From an uncultured Actinomycetes bacterium (lineage in GTDB: Bacteria; Actinomycetota; UBA4738; HRBIN12): DNA of 64,000 bases. Positions 48,235-62,312 of the stretch are shown piece after piece. Numbering within the stretch: the first letter of the stretch is position 1; every line of letters begins with the position of its first letter. The stretch is taken from assembly GCA_963821935.1 (NCBI GenBank), contig CAWGFM010000002.1, positions 230,949 through 294,948 on the forward strand, written 5' to 3'. A program made the position numbers and the translations under genes. The notes beneath the pieces are model-generated. The model searched no databases. It saw only the letters and a program-made list of their open reading frames with translations, and had not been told where the DNA came from.

Positions 48235-50003
48235 GGAAGCTTGTTAGGATTCCCGCCGACGTGTCCACGCGCCTCTCCATCATCGCCTGCGCCGCGGCCC
48301 TCCTGACGGCTGCCTGCAGCGACATCCCGGAGGGAGAGGTCGTCACCGGTGAGGGCCCCCGGTTCATCGTTTCGGTCGCCGATAGCAACGACGATGTGGG
48401 CTTGGGCAACTCGGTGGCGGTCGGCGCCGAGGGCGAACCGTTCTTTTCCTACCTCATCGTGCCGGCCGAGCTGGAACCGGGCGAGATCCCCGCGACGCGG
48501 CCCATCGGGGCTCCGTTCATCCAGACGGAGACCACGCCCGCCGAGGGCGATCAACCCGCCAAGCCTGGCAAGTTCGGCGCCGCGATCGGCGTGGGCAGCG
48601 TCTCGGCCGACGGCATCTTCACCCGAGGCGCCGCGGCGCAGGTCCGCGACACGCCCACCGGCATCACGATCCCGTACGGCCCCGCCACCGTGAACCAACT
48701 GGTCGGTGGCACCGCTCAGAACATGAACGGCACCGACATCGCGGTCGACGCAGCGGGCGGCAAGCACGTGGTGTGGACCGGCGCCGACGGCGTCTACTAC
48801 GGCCTCGGTGGTCAGACCTCGTTCGAGGTCGAGCCGATCTACGAGTACGGGTTCTCGTTGCGCAAGGCCGGACCCATCGGTCGTCCGGACGTGGCGGTCG
48901 ACGCCGACGACAACCCGTGGGTGTCGTACGCGCTCGATGCGCAGGGCCAGCGTATCGAGGTCGCGATCGGTTCTCCCGACGGGTGGACCACTGAGACGGC
49001 GGCCCAGATCGATGATTGTGCGGAGTGCGGGCAACCGAAGCGCACCCAGATCGGGGTCACGTCCGCTGGACCCACGGTGGCCTACGTCGACCCGGCCCAG
49101 GGCTCGGTCGAGGTGGCGGTCCGCGCCGGGGACGGCACCTGGACCAGTAGCACCGTGGCCAGCGGGGTCGACGCCGACGGACTGTCGATGACGGTCGACA
49201 CGGATGGCAACGCACTGATCACGTTCTACGACGGCGACTCGGTCACGCTCGCCGCGCAGGACGGCACCGGGTGGACCATCACCGACGTCGCCCAGGTGGA
49301 TCTCGGTGAGGCCGCCGAGGGCACCGGCAACTTCGCGCCTACGACGGGCGTGGCGGTCGACGATGAGGGCGTGCAGCACATCGCCTTCATGAACGCCGGC
49401 TCCGTGGTGCTGGTCAGCTCGACCGACGACGGTGCGTTCGAGCCGGTGGAAACGGGTCCGCTCGGCGCGGCCGCCTTCCCCTCGGTGGCCGTCACGCCCG
49501 ACGGCGCCTCGATCTACGTCACGTGGTACGACGACGCCAGCCAGCTGCTGAAGCTGGGCATCCACGCGGACGTTCCCGAGCTGCTCATCGCCAACCCAAG
49601 CCCACCGCCGGAGGTCATCGGTGGTGGCACCGCGGAAGACTGTGGCACCGATGGCGCCATCCTGCTCGACCTCGTCACTCCCGCCGGGACCGTCTTCGAT
49701 ACGAACTGTCTGGTCGCCCCCGCGGGGGAGCCATTCACGATCACCTATGACAACCAGGCTGCGGGGATCACCCATAACGTCGCGGCTCTGACCGCTCAAG
49801 GCGGGGATCCCATCGAAGCCACGCCACTCGAGCCCGGGCCGGTGGAACAGTCGCTCGACGTCGAGCCCCTCGATGAGGGTTCCTACTACTTCCAGTGTGA
49901 CGCGCACCCCACGACCATGTTCGGCACGCTCGCCGTGGTCGAAGCCGGTGGTGGCGGCGGCGGAGGCGGAGGGGGCAACGGCGGCGGAGGCGGACAGAAC
50001 TAG
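48231..50003 (+). CDS. Secreted lipoprotein: roughly 450-aa N-terminal repeat (beta-propeller-like) region fused to a C-terminal type-1 copper (cupredoxin/plastocyanin-like) domain and a poly-Gly tail
   Basis: GTG at 48231 overlaps the uvrA stop. Lipobox LLTAAC. The C-terminal ligand set is H (ITHNVAAL), C-x2-H-x4-M ([14 protein letters not shown]). The protein ends in [18 protein letters not shown]. Confidence 0.7.
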
Positions 50004-50050
50004 CCTGGTCACCTCCGGGCGCTGTCGTGCGCCGGGGCTAGGATGGCTGG

Positions 50051-51960
50051 GTGAGTCTTGTACGGCCCGAAGCTTCCAGCATCCCGGATCAACCGGGGGC
50101 CTACCTCTTCCGAGACGGTGACGGCAGGGTCGTCTATGTGGGCAAGGCCACGTCGTTGCGCAAGCGTCTCGCCAACTACTGGGCGACCCCCCTGCACCCA
50201 CGCACCCAGGCCATGGTGGCGTCGGCCGAGAGCGTCGAATGGATGCTCGCCTCGGGTGAGGTCGACGCCCTCATGCTCGAGTACAACCTGATCCAGTCCC
50301 ACAAGCCGCGCTTCAACATCCGCTACCGCGACGACAAGTCCTATCCCTACCTGGCACTCACGGTGGGGGAGACGTGGCCCCGCGCCCAGGTGTTGCGGGG
50401 AGCCAAGCGCAAGAAGGTGCGCTATTTCGGGCCCTACGCCCACGCGTGGGCCATCCGCGACACGCTCGACGCCCTCACACGCGTGTTCCCGGTTCGCACG
50501 TGTACCAACGCGTTCTTCGACCAGCGTGCTCGGGCCAAGCGGCCGTGCCTGTACTTCGACATCGGGCGCTGCGCGGGGCCATGTGTGCCCGAGGTCTCCG
50601 GGGTCACCGAGGAGTCCTATCGCGCACACGTCGATGCCATGGCGGAGTTCCTGGCCGGCAACCCCAAGCAGGTCCTGCGCCGGCTCGAGTCCGAGATGGA
50701 CGAAGCATCCCAGCGCCAGGAGTACGAGCAGGCCGCCAAGCTCCGCGACCAACTGGGCGCGGCTCGCCGCGCCATGGAATCGCAGGAGATGGTGCTGACC
50801 CAGCCCCAAGACCTGGACGTGATCGGCATGGCCGACGACGACCTCGAGGCGGAGTTCCAGGTGTTCGTGGTCCGGGGGGGCAGGGTGCTGGGACGCAAGG
50901 GCTGGGTGGTGGATCGCGTTGAAGAGCTCACGGCCGCGGAGTTGATGGCCGCCACCGTGCGACAGATCTACATGGAGCGCCAGGAGGTGCCGCCACGCGT
51001 CCTCGTGCCGGTGCTTCCCGCAGACCAGGAGGTCCTGGAAACGTGGTTGTCGCAGCGACGCGGTTCCCGGGTCCAGATCGCGGTGCCCGAACGCGGCGCC
51101 AAGCGCCGGCTCATGGAGGTCGTCACCCAGAACGCGGTGGAGGCGTTCCACCGGCACAAGCTGCGCCGGGCCTCGGACTTCGGGGCCCGTTCTCGCGCCC
51201 TCACCGACCTCGCCGATCGTCTCGGTCTCGAGCAGGCGCCGTTGCGGATCGAGTGCTACGACATCTCCAACCTGGGACCCACCGACACGGTCGGGTCCAT
51301 GGTGGTGTTCGAGGACGGCCTGCCGAAGCGGTCGGATTACCGGCGTTTCCAGATCAAGGGCGTGGCCGGACAGGACGATTTCGCCTCCATGGAGGAGATG
51401 CTCCGGCGCCGGTTCACCCGCCTGCTCAAGGAACAACAGGATGCGCCGTCCGCGGGACGCCGCTTCTCCTATCCGCCCGCGCTCGTGGTCGTCGACGGTG
51501 GCCGCGGTCAGCTGAGCATGGCTTCCAAGGTGCTCACCGACCTGGGCCTGAAGATCCCGCACGTGGGTCTGGCCAAGCGCCTCGAAGAGGTCTACTTCCC
51601 CGATCATCCCGAACCGCTCCGCATCCCTCGCGGGTCGGAGGCGATCTTCGTGTTGCAGCACCTGCGGGACGAAGCGCACCGGTTCGCCATCGCCTACCAC
51701 CGGCAGAAGCGTGAGAAGCGCGCCCTGGCCTCGCCGCTCGACGACATCGCCGGCGTGGGTCCCGCTCGCAAGAAGGCGCTCCTCAAGCGCTTCGGCTCGC
51801 TCACTCGCGTCCGGGGCGCCACCGTGGCCGAGATCGCCGAGACGCCCGGCATCGGACCCGAGCTGGCCGCCACGATCCACGACGCCCTCCATAGTGTCGG
51901 GGCCAACGCCGGGGTCGCCGGTATGCCCGCGGGCATCGTGTCCCAGGCTCGGGAGAGTGC

Positions 51961-51964
<4 letters not shown>
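50051..51964 (+). CDS. uvrC: Excinuclease ABC subunit C
   Basis: GIY-YIG N-terminus GAYLFRDGDGRVVYVGKATSLRKRL. 637 aa. C-terminal HhH region. Confidence 0.93.
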
Positions 51965-55126
<3,162 letters not shown>

Positions 55127-55130
55127 ACCG

Positions 55131-55901
55131 ATGGCCGAGCGACGACCGATCATCGCGGCGAATTGGAAGATGCACAAGACGCATCTGGAGGCGATCCAGT
55201 CGGTGCAGAAGCTCAGCTACCTGCTCGACCACGATGATGCCGAGCGGGTCGAGGTCGTCATCTGCCCGCCATCCACCGCCCTGCGATCGGTGGAGACGCT
55301 CATGTCATCGGACAAGCTCCCCTACGGCCTCGGCGCACAGAACGTCTACCACGAAGACTCCGGCGCGTTCACCGGCGAGGTGTCGCCACCCATGCTGGCG
55401 GCCCTGAAGGTGGAATACGTGATCGTGGGCCATTCCGAGCGACGCCAGCTGTTCGGCGAGGACGACCTGGTGGTCAACCAGAAGGTGCGAGCCGTCATCA
55501 AGCACGGCATGACACCGATCCTGTGCGTGGGGGAAACGCTCGAGGAACGCGAGGCCGATGGCACCGACACCAAGGTCACCCAGCAGATCCGCCGAGGGTT
55601 CGACAAGGTTGAAGGTGCGGACGCAACCACCGCGGTGGTTGCCTACGAGCCGATCTGGGCCATCGGCACGGGCCGCAACGCCGAGCCCGCGGACGCCGGC
55701 CGCGTGGTCGACGTCATCCGCTCCGCCCTGTCCGAGCGCTTCGACGACGCTGTGGCCCAGGCGGTCCGGGTGCAGTACGGCGGCAGCGTCAAGCCGGGGA
55801 ACATCCGTGAGTTCATGGCCCACCCACAGATCGACGGCGCGCTGGTCGGCGGTGCCAGCCTCGAACCAGAGGACCTCGCGCTCATCGTGAAGTATCGCTA
55901 G
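55131..55901 (+). CDS. tpiA: Triosephosphate isomerase
   Basis: MAERRPIIAANWKMHKT. GHSERR. AYEPIWAIGTG. 256 aa. Confidence 0.95.
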   Translation: MAERRPIIAANWKMHKTHLEAIQSVQKLSYLLDHDDAERVEVVICPPSTALRSVETLMSSDKLPYGLGAQNVYHEDSGAFTGEVSPPMLAALKVEYVIVGHSERRQLFGEDDLVVNQKVRAVIKHGMTPILCVGETLEEREADGTDTKVTQQIRRGFDKVEGADATTAVVAYEPIWAIGTGRNAEPADAGRVVDVIRSALSERFDDAVAQAVRVQYGGSVKPGNIREFMAHPQIDGALVGGASLEPEDLALIVKYR

Positions 55902-55910
55902 GAGGACCGA

Positions 55911-57195
55911 TTGCACACCTTCCTCTACGTCTGCCTCGACGGCCTGGGCGACGATCCGATCCCCGAGCTCGATGGCCGGACACCCCTGGAAGCCGCAGCG
56001 ACCCCGAACCTCGATGCGCTCGCACACCGAGGCCGCACCGGATCGGTCATCACGGTGGGCGAGGGCATCGCCCCGGAATCCGACATCGGCGTCTTCGGGA
56101 TCCTCGGCTATGCCCCGCAGGATGAGCACCCCGGCCGCGGCATCTTGGAGGCCATGGGCATCGGCATGGATGTGCGTGACGGCGATCTCGCGTACCGCAT
56201 CAACTTCGCCACCGGGGACGGCTCCGAGATCGTGGACCGCCGCGTGGGCCGGGACCTGTCCTCGGAGGAATCCCGTGCCCTCGCCGACGAGGTCGAGGGA
56301 AGGACTGGATCTGCCGGGCGCGGCGTTCGACCTGCAAGCCACGGTCGAGCATCGGGGTGCCCTGGTGATCCGCACCGACGACGGCACGGCGCTGTCGGCC
56401 AACGTCACCAACACGGACCCCGCGTACCGGCGTGAAGGGCATCTGGGCGTGGCCCTGCAGACGTTCGACCCCGTGGTGGCGCTCGCCGAGCCCCTCGAGG
56501 ATTCCGATGCTGCCAGACGTGCCGCCGATCTGACGAACGCGTTCGTCCAGGGATCGGCGCCCATCATGGACGCTTCCGAGGTCAATCGGCGACGCCGGGC
56601 ACGGGGTCAGCTCGCCGGTAACCTCATCCTGACCCGAGACGGCGGTGATCATCTGCCGAGGCTGCAACCCATCGAGGAACGGTTCGGGATGCCGTGGGGG
56701 TGCTTCGTCGAGATGCCGGTCGAACGCGGCATCGCGATCGCCTTGGGGATGCAGCCGGTCGACGCACCTCGGCTCGACGCCGTGGGCTTCGGACCTACGG
56801 CCGAGGAGCGGTACGCGGACTGGGCGAGGCTGGCCTCCGATGCGCTCGGGGGATTCCAGGCGTTGTACATCCACATCAAGGGCCCGGATGTGCCCGCCCA
56901 CGACGGGCGTGCCCTGGACAAGCGCGACGTGATCACGGCGATCGACCGGGGCTTCTTCGCGGAGGTCCTGCCTCGATTGGACAGCCGCACCGTCGTCGCT
57001 GTCACCGCGGACCATGCCACCTCGTGTGTTCGGAAAGCGCACACCGCCGACCCCGTGCCGCTGCTCGTCAGCGGCGGTCCCATCCGTCCCGACGGCTCGA
57101 ACTCCTTCGGGGAAGCGGCCTGCCGGGACGGATCGCTCGGCACCCTGCTCGGCCCGCAGATCCTGCCCGAGCTCATGTCGATCCTGGTCCAGTAG
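55911..57195 (+). CDS. apgM: Archaeal-type cofactor-independent phosphoglycerate mutase (ApgM family), interrupted by one apparent +1 frameshift near 56298-56304
   Basis: TTG at 55911 lies 6 nt after GGAGGA. The N-terminus FLYVCLDGLGDDPIPELDGRTPLEAAATPNLDALA matches ApgM. Frame A ends ...SSEESRALADEVEG; the rest (LDLPGAAFDLQATVEHRGALVIRTDDG... to the stop at 57195) is +1. Removing one base in GAGGGAAGGACTGG restores a protein of about 427 aa. Confidence 0.82.
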
Positions 57196-57320
57196 AACTC
57201 GAACCCCGGATGGGTTCATCGTCGTATACTCCTGCGGGCGATTCCGCCGGTCACTGATCGTGGTTTGGTCGAGGCGGAACCGGGTAGATCGCTGCAGCAG
57301 CAGCTGGAGAGAGGGGCGGC

Positions 57321-58325
57321 GTGTCGCAGACCCACCTCGAACCTGAGGCCGTTGACGAAGACGCAGCGTTCTCAGAACCGGTACCGGCAGGCGACATCAT
57401 CGGGCGTTCGCCCAGCCAGATCTTCTGGCGACGATTCCGCAAGGACAAGCTTGCGTTCGCCGGTGTCATAATTCTCACCATCATCGTGGCGTTGGCGCTG
57501 GCAGCGCCGCTGTTCGCCAGGCTGGTCGGCCACCCCGTCGACGCGCAATACGTCTTCGAGATGACGACTCCGGGCGGTGTACCCCTTGGGCCCACGACCA
57601 GCAACGAGGCGGGCGTGTTCCTCTTCGGAGCTGACGGGACGGCACGGGATCTGTTCGTTCGCGTGCTCTACGGAGCCCAGACATCGCTCATCGTGGCCCT
57701 CACCGCGACCGGCATCGAGCTCCTGCTCGGCGTCACGCTGGGCATCATGGCGGGCTTCTACCGGGGCAAGGTCGACACGTTCATCTCCGGGCTGACTGAC
57801 ATCTTCTTCTCGCTTCCGGTGCTGCTGCTCATGCTGGGCATCGTCGGTGCGTGTGGCGCGCAGCCGCCGGGGCAGGAATGCCTGGCCGGCTTGCTGCAAC
57901 CCGGGCGAGGGCTGATCGCGTTCGTGATCGGCGTGTTCGGGTGGCCGTACCTGGCGCGCATCGTCCGGGGCCAGGTCCTGTCGATCCGCGAGAAGGAGTT
58001 CGTCGAGGCGTCACGGTCGTTGGGCGCTTCCAATCGCAGGATCATGTTCAGGGAGATCCTGCCCAATGTGCTCGCACCGATCATCGTTTACACGACGCTG
58101 ATCATCCCCACGAACATCTTGCTCGAGGCCTCGCTCTCGTTCCTGGGCCTCGGCGTGCCGCCCTCGATCCCGTCGTGGGGTGCGGCCCTCAACGAGGCGA
58201 CGTCCTACTACCGGGTTGCGTGGTGGATGATGCTGTTCCCGGGCCTGTTCCTGTTCGCGACCACGCTCGCGTTCAACCTGGTCGGAGACGGTCTGCGGGA
58301 TGCGTTCGATCCCAAGACCGCCTGA
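57321..58325 (+). CDS. Peptide/nickel ABC transporter permease (DppC/OppC-like)
   Basis: 334 aa, multi-TM. It has the DppC-type N-terminal cytoplasmic and periplasmic segment. The EAA-like loop is at SRSLGASNRRIMFREILPN. Confidence 0.82.
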   Translation: MSQTHLEPEAVDEDAAFSEPVPAGDIIGRSPSQIFWRRFRKDKLAFAGVIILTIIVALALAAPLFARLVGHPVDAQYVFEMTTPGGVPLGPTTSNEAGVFLFGADGTARDLFVRVLYGAQTSLIVALTATGIELLLGVTLGIMAGFYRGKVDTFISGLTDIFFSLPVLLLMLGIVGACGAQPPGQECLAGLLQPGRGLIAFVIGVFGWPYLARIVRGQVLSIREKEFVEASRSLGASNRRIMFREILPNVLAPIIVYTTLIIPTNILLEASLSFLGLGVPPSIPSWGAALNEATSYYRVAWWMMLFPGLFLFATTLAFNLVGDGLRDAFDPKTA

Positions 58326-58389
58326 TGTGCGTACACGAGTCGTAAGGATGATCCGTTTTTCGGAACGGGAGAGACATGAAGGGGGCACG

Positions 58390-60235
58390 ATGAGTAAGAA
58401 GCTTCGGTATGGCGCGATCGTCGCCGTATTGGCGATCGTCGCCGCTGCGTGCGGCGGCGACTCGACGAGCGGCGATACCACCGGCGCGACCGGTGACACG
58501 GGCGCAGAGCCAGTCGCCGGCGGCACGCTGAGGGTCGGCTTCGACGGAGGGTCGGACTTCTTCTACGGCATGAACCCGTCGGCCGAGTACTACTCGCTGT
58601 CGTGGGAGTTCCTGCGCGCTGGTTTGGCACGCACCCTGCTTTCGTACAGCGGCACGCCGGGCACCGAGGGCGGCAACGAGACGCTGCCCGACCTGGCGGC
58701 CGATCAGCCTGAGGTTTCCGCCGACGGCCTGACCTACACCTTCACGCTGAAGGACGGCATCATGTTCGGCGATCCGCTGAACCGTCCGATCGTGGCTGAC
58801 GACTTCGTGACCGCGGTCAACCGTGTCGCGGACCCGGAGGCATCCTCTGGTGGCTACTGGTTCTACTACGCCGGTGTGATCAAGGGCTTCCAGGAGGCCT
58901 ACGACGACCCGAAGCTTGAAGAGGTCAGCGGCGTCAAGGCACATCGACGACACGACCGTCGAGTTCACCCTGGAAGAGCCGATCGGCGCTTTCCCGTACC
59001 TGGTCGCCATGCCGGCGATGGCTCCGCTGCCCGAGGAACTGGTCAAGGCGCACCCGAAGGACATCGGGCAGTTCCTCGTTTCCTCCGGTCCCTACCAGTG
59101 GGAGGGCATGGCGGACATCGACATCGAGGGCCAGACCCCTCCGACGGGAATGGACATCGGGAAGTCCTACGTGCTGGAGCGCAACCCCGCATGGGACAAG
59201 GCAACCGATGACCTTCGCCCCGCCTACCTCGATCGCATCGAGGTCCAGGTCGGCGGCGAGGTGCAGGATCTGCTCGACAAGGTCGACGCGGGCGCGCTCG
59301 ACATCTGCATGACCTGCCTGGGTACGGCCACCACGTTGCAGCAGTACCACGCCGACCCCGCGCTGGAAGACCGGATCAAGGTCTATCCGAGCGACGGCAT
59401 CACCTATACGGGGCTGAACGTGTTCCAGCCACCGATGGACGACATCCACATCCGGAAGGCCATCAACTGGGTCATCGACCGGGCGGCGCTCCTGCGGCTG
59501 ATCGGTGGACCGGACCAGGGCGAGATCACGAGCCACTTCATCCCTCCGTCGATGCTGGGCGGGCTCGGACAGGACTACAACCCATATGGAACCCCGGACG
59601 AGCGCGGTGATGTGGCCAAGGCCATGGAGGAGATGAAGCAGTCCAAGTACGACACCGATCAAGACGGCATGTGCGACGCACCCGAGTGCACCTTCGATGC
59701 CTTGACGGTCACCGACGACGACGACGCGATCAAGACGTTGGAGACCATGTCGGCGAGCATCGAGAAGATCGGCATGAGCATGAACATCAAGACGCTCAAC
59801 TACAATGCCGTCGTACAGAAGTGCGCCACGCTGGCTGCTCACCAGGCGTTCTGTCAGGCAGCCTGGGGCAAGGACTTCGCCAGTGCCTTCACGTACTTCG
59901 ACCCGCTGCTCAATGGGGGCGAGAACGGCTCCAACTACGCGTTCTTGGGCACGACCGAAGCCGACCTGGAGAAGTACGGCTACACCGTCCCAGCCGACGG
60001 TATCCCGACGATCGATGCTGAGATCGACGAGTGCTGGGCGCTGGCCTTGGATGAGGCCAACCAGTGCTGGGCCGACCTGGACAAGATGGTGATGGAGGAG
60101 ATCGTGCCGGTCGTCCCGCGCCGGTTCTCCAACCAGATCGACATCCTGGGTGAGAACATCGCGAACTACTCGTTCGACCAGTTCGCTGGGATGGGTGCGC
60201 TCGACCACTACTCCATGGTCGATACAGCCGCCTGA
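58390..60235 (+). CDS. Peptide ABC transporter substrate-binding lipoprotein (family 5, DppA/OppA-like), interrupted by one apparent +1 frameshift near 58938-58942
   Basis: ATG at 58390. Lipobox AIVAVLAIVAAAC. Frame A runs to ...KLEEVSGVKA; the +1 frame continues IDDTTVEFTLEEPIGAFPYLVAMPAMAPLPEE... to 60235. Deleting one base gives ...GVKHIDDTTVEFTL..., the classic family-5 motif. Confidence 0.85.
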
Positions 60236-60309
60236 TCCCACGATTCGAAGGTGAAGAGGAGCGGGGCTTCGACCTCGCTCCTCTTCCCGCACAACGGGGG
60301 CGGGAGCAC

Positions 60310-61281
60310 ATGGGCAGATACCTGATCCGGCGGACGCTGTTCATGCTGCTGGTGCTCTGGGTCATCTCCGTCCTGACGTTCTTGGTCTTCGTCAAGTTGC
60401 CACCCGGTGATCCCGCCAGGCGGCTCGCGGGCAGGTCGGGCACGCCTGAGGTGATCGAACTCATCCAGGAGCGACTGGGCCTCAACGACTCGCTCCCCAC
60501 GCAGTACGCGCGGTTCGCCAAGGGACTGGTTCCCTGGCCGGGGTTGTGGCTCAACGAGGAGGTCTACTTCTCCTACGCCAACAACGTTCCCGTCAAGTCG
60601 GAGCTGATCGAACGGGTGCCGATCAGCGTGACGCTCATGGTCGGCGGCGTCGTCCTCTGGCTCCTCATCGGCATCCCCACCGGCATCGTGTCGGCGGTGA
60701 AACGACGATCCCTCGCCGACAGGAGCGCGATGCTGTTCGCGCTCATCGGAGTGTCCCTGCCCAGCTTCTGGCTGGGGATGGTCCTGATCTACGTGTTCTT
60801 CTACCGACTCGGGTGGGCTCCACCGACGGGGCTGGAGATCGGCTCCTCACTCTGGCAATCCATCTTCCAAGGCAAGTTCCTGCTGGCCTGGATCACCCTG
60901 GCGGTGACCTCTGCGGCGTTCTACGCCCGCATGGTCCGCGGGAACATGCTCGAGGTCCTCAGCGAGGACTACACGCGGACCGCCAGGGCCAAAGGTCTGT
61001 CTGAGCGCCGTGTCGTGTACAAGCACGGGTTGCGGGCGGCGCTGACACCGGTGGTGACCATGGTCGGCCTCGACATTGCGTTCTTGCTCGGTGGTGCCGT
61101 CATCGTGGAGCAGGTGTTCCTGCTGCCGGGACTCGGCATCTACGCACTCCAGTCCCTGCTCAGCACCAACTATCCCGGGGTCATGGCCGTGACGATCGTC
61201 GGGGCGCTGTTCATCGTCACGGCCAACCTGGTCGTCGACGTCATCTATGCGGCGCTCGACCCGCGCGTGCGCTACAGCTAG
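60310..61281 (+). CDS. Peptide ABC transporter permease (DppB/OppB-like)
   Basis: 323 aa. N-terminus MGRYLIRRTLFMLLVLWVISVLTFLV. EAA loop ARAKGLSERRVVYKHGLRAAL. Confidence 0.85.
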   Translation: MGRYLIRRTLFMLLVLWVISVLTFLVFVKLPPGDPARRLAGRSGTPEVIELIQERLGLNDSLPTQYARFAKGLVPWPGLWLNEEVYFSYANNVPVKSELIERVPISVTLMVGGVVLWLLIGIPTGIVSAVKRRSLADRSAMLFALIGVSLPSFWLGMVLIYVFFYRLGWAPPTGLEIGSSLWQSIFQGKFLLAWITLAVTSAAFYARMVRGNMLEVLSEDYTRTARAKGLSERRVVYKHGLRAALTPVVTMVGLDIAFLLGGAVIVEQVFLLPGLGIYALQSLLSTNYPGVMAVTIVGALFIVTANLVVDVIYAALDPRVRYS

Positions 61282-61300
61282 CCGTCGACAGGAGGAACCC

Positions 61301-62312
61301 GTGCCCGATCCGCTGCTGGACGTGTCCGACCTCCGCGTGAAGTTCAAGACCGACGACGGCGTCGTCCGGGCGGTCGATGGGGTGTCCTTTTCGATCATGC
61401 CTGGCGAGACACTCGGCGTCGTGGGGGAGTCAGGTTCGGGCAAGTCGGTGAGCTCCCTGGCGATCATGGGCCTGGTCAACCGCAAGCAGGCCGACGTGAC
61501 CGGATCGATCACGTTCAAGGGCCAGGACCTGTTGACCTTGCCGAACGACGAGATGCGTGACATCCGTGGCAAGCAGATCTCCATGATCTTCCAGGACCCC
61601 ATGACATCGCTGCACCCGTACTACCGGGTGGGCGACCAGATCTCCGAGTCCATCCTGGAGCACGAGGACGTTTCCAAAAAGGATGCGGGCAAGCGAGCGG
61701 TGGAGATGCTGGGCCTGGTCGGCATCCCCCGCCCAGACGAGCGTGCTCGGCAGTACCCACACGAGTTCTCCGGCGGTATGCGCCAACGGGCCATGATCGC
61801 CATGGCGCTGTCCCTCAACCCGGACCTGCTCATCGCGGACGAGCCAACGACCGCCCTCGACGTCACCGTGCAGGCACAGATCCTGAACCTGATCGACAAG
61901 CTGAAGGACGAGTTCGACACGGCCGTCATGATCATCACGCACGACCTGGGCGTCGTCGCCGAGTACTGCGACAACATCCAGGTGATGTACGCCGGCAGGA
62001 TCGTGGAATCCGGCAACACCGACGACATCTACTACCAGCCGCACCACCCCTACACCTGGGGGTTGCTCCAGTCCATCCCACGATTGGACGAGGTCGAGGA
62101 CCGGCTCACGCCCATCAAAGGCCTGCCGCCCTCCCTCATCAACCTTCCCCAAGGGTTGCTCGTTCTCACCTCGTTGTCCGTACCGGTTCGATCGATGCGT
62201 CGAGGAGGAGCCGCTCCTGGTGCCGACCGACGGACACCATGCCGACGCGTGTTTCCTGACCCTCGAGCAGAAGGAGACCGTCGTGCGCGAACAGACGGTG
62301 GTGAGGCAGTGA
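61301..62312 (+). CDS. Peptide ABC transporter ATP-binding protein (DppD/OppD-like), with an apparent +1 frameshift near 62147-62150 that falsely fuses it to the next gene
   Basis: GTG at 61301 follows GGAGGAACC. Walker A GESGSGKSVSS. In the called frame the C-terminus loses the oligopeptide-ATPase motif. The +1 frame reads KGCSFSPRCPYRFDRCVEEEPLLVPTDGHHADACFLTLEQKETVVREQTVVRQ*, the GC.F..RC metal-cluster motif, and ends at TGA 62310-62312. Deleting one C from the CCCC run restores a 336-aa protein. Confidence 0.82.
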
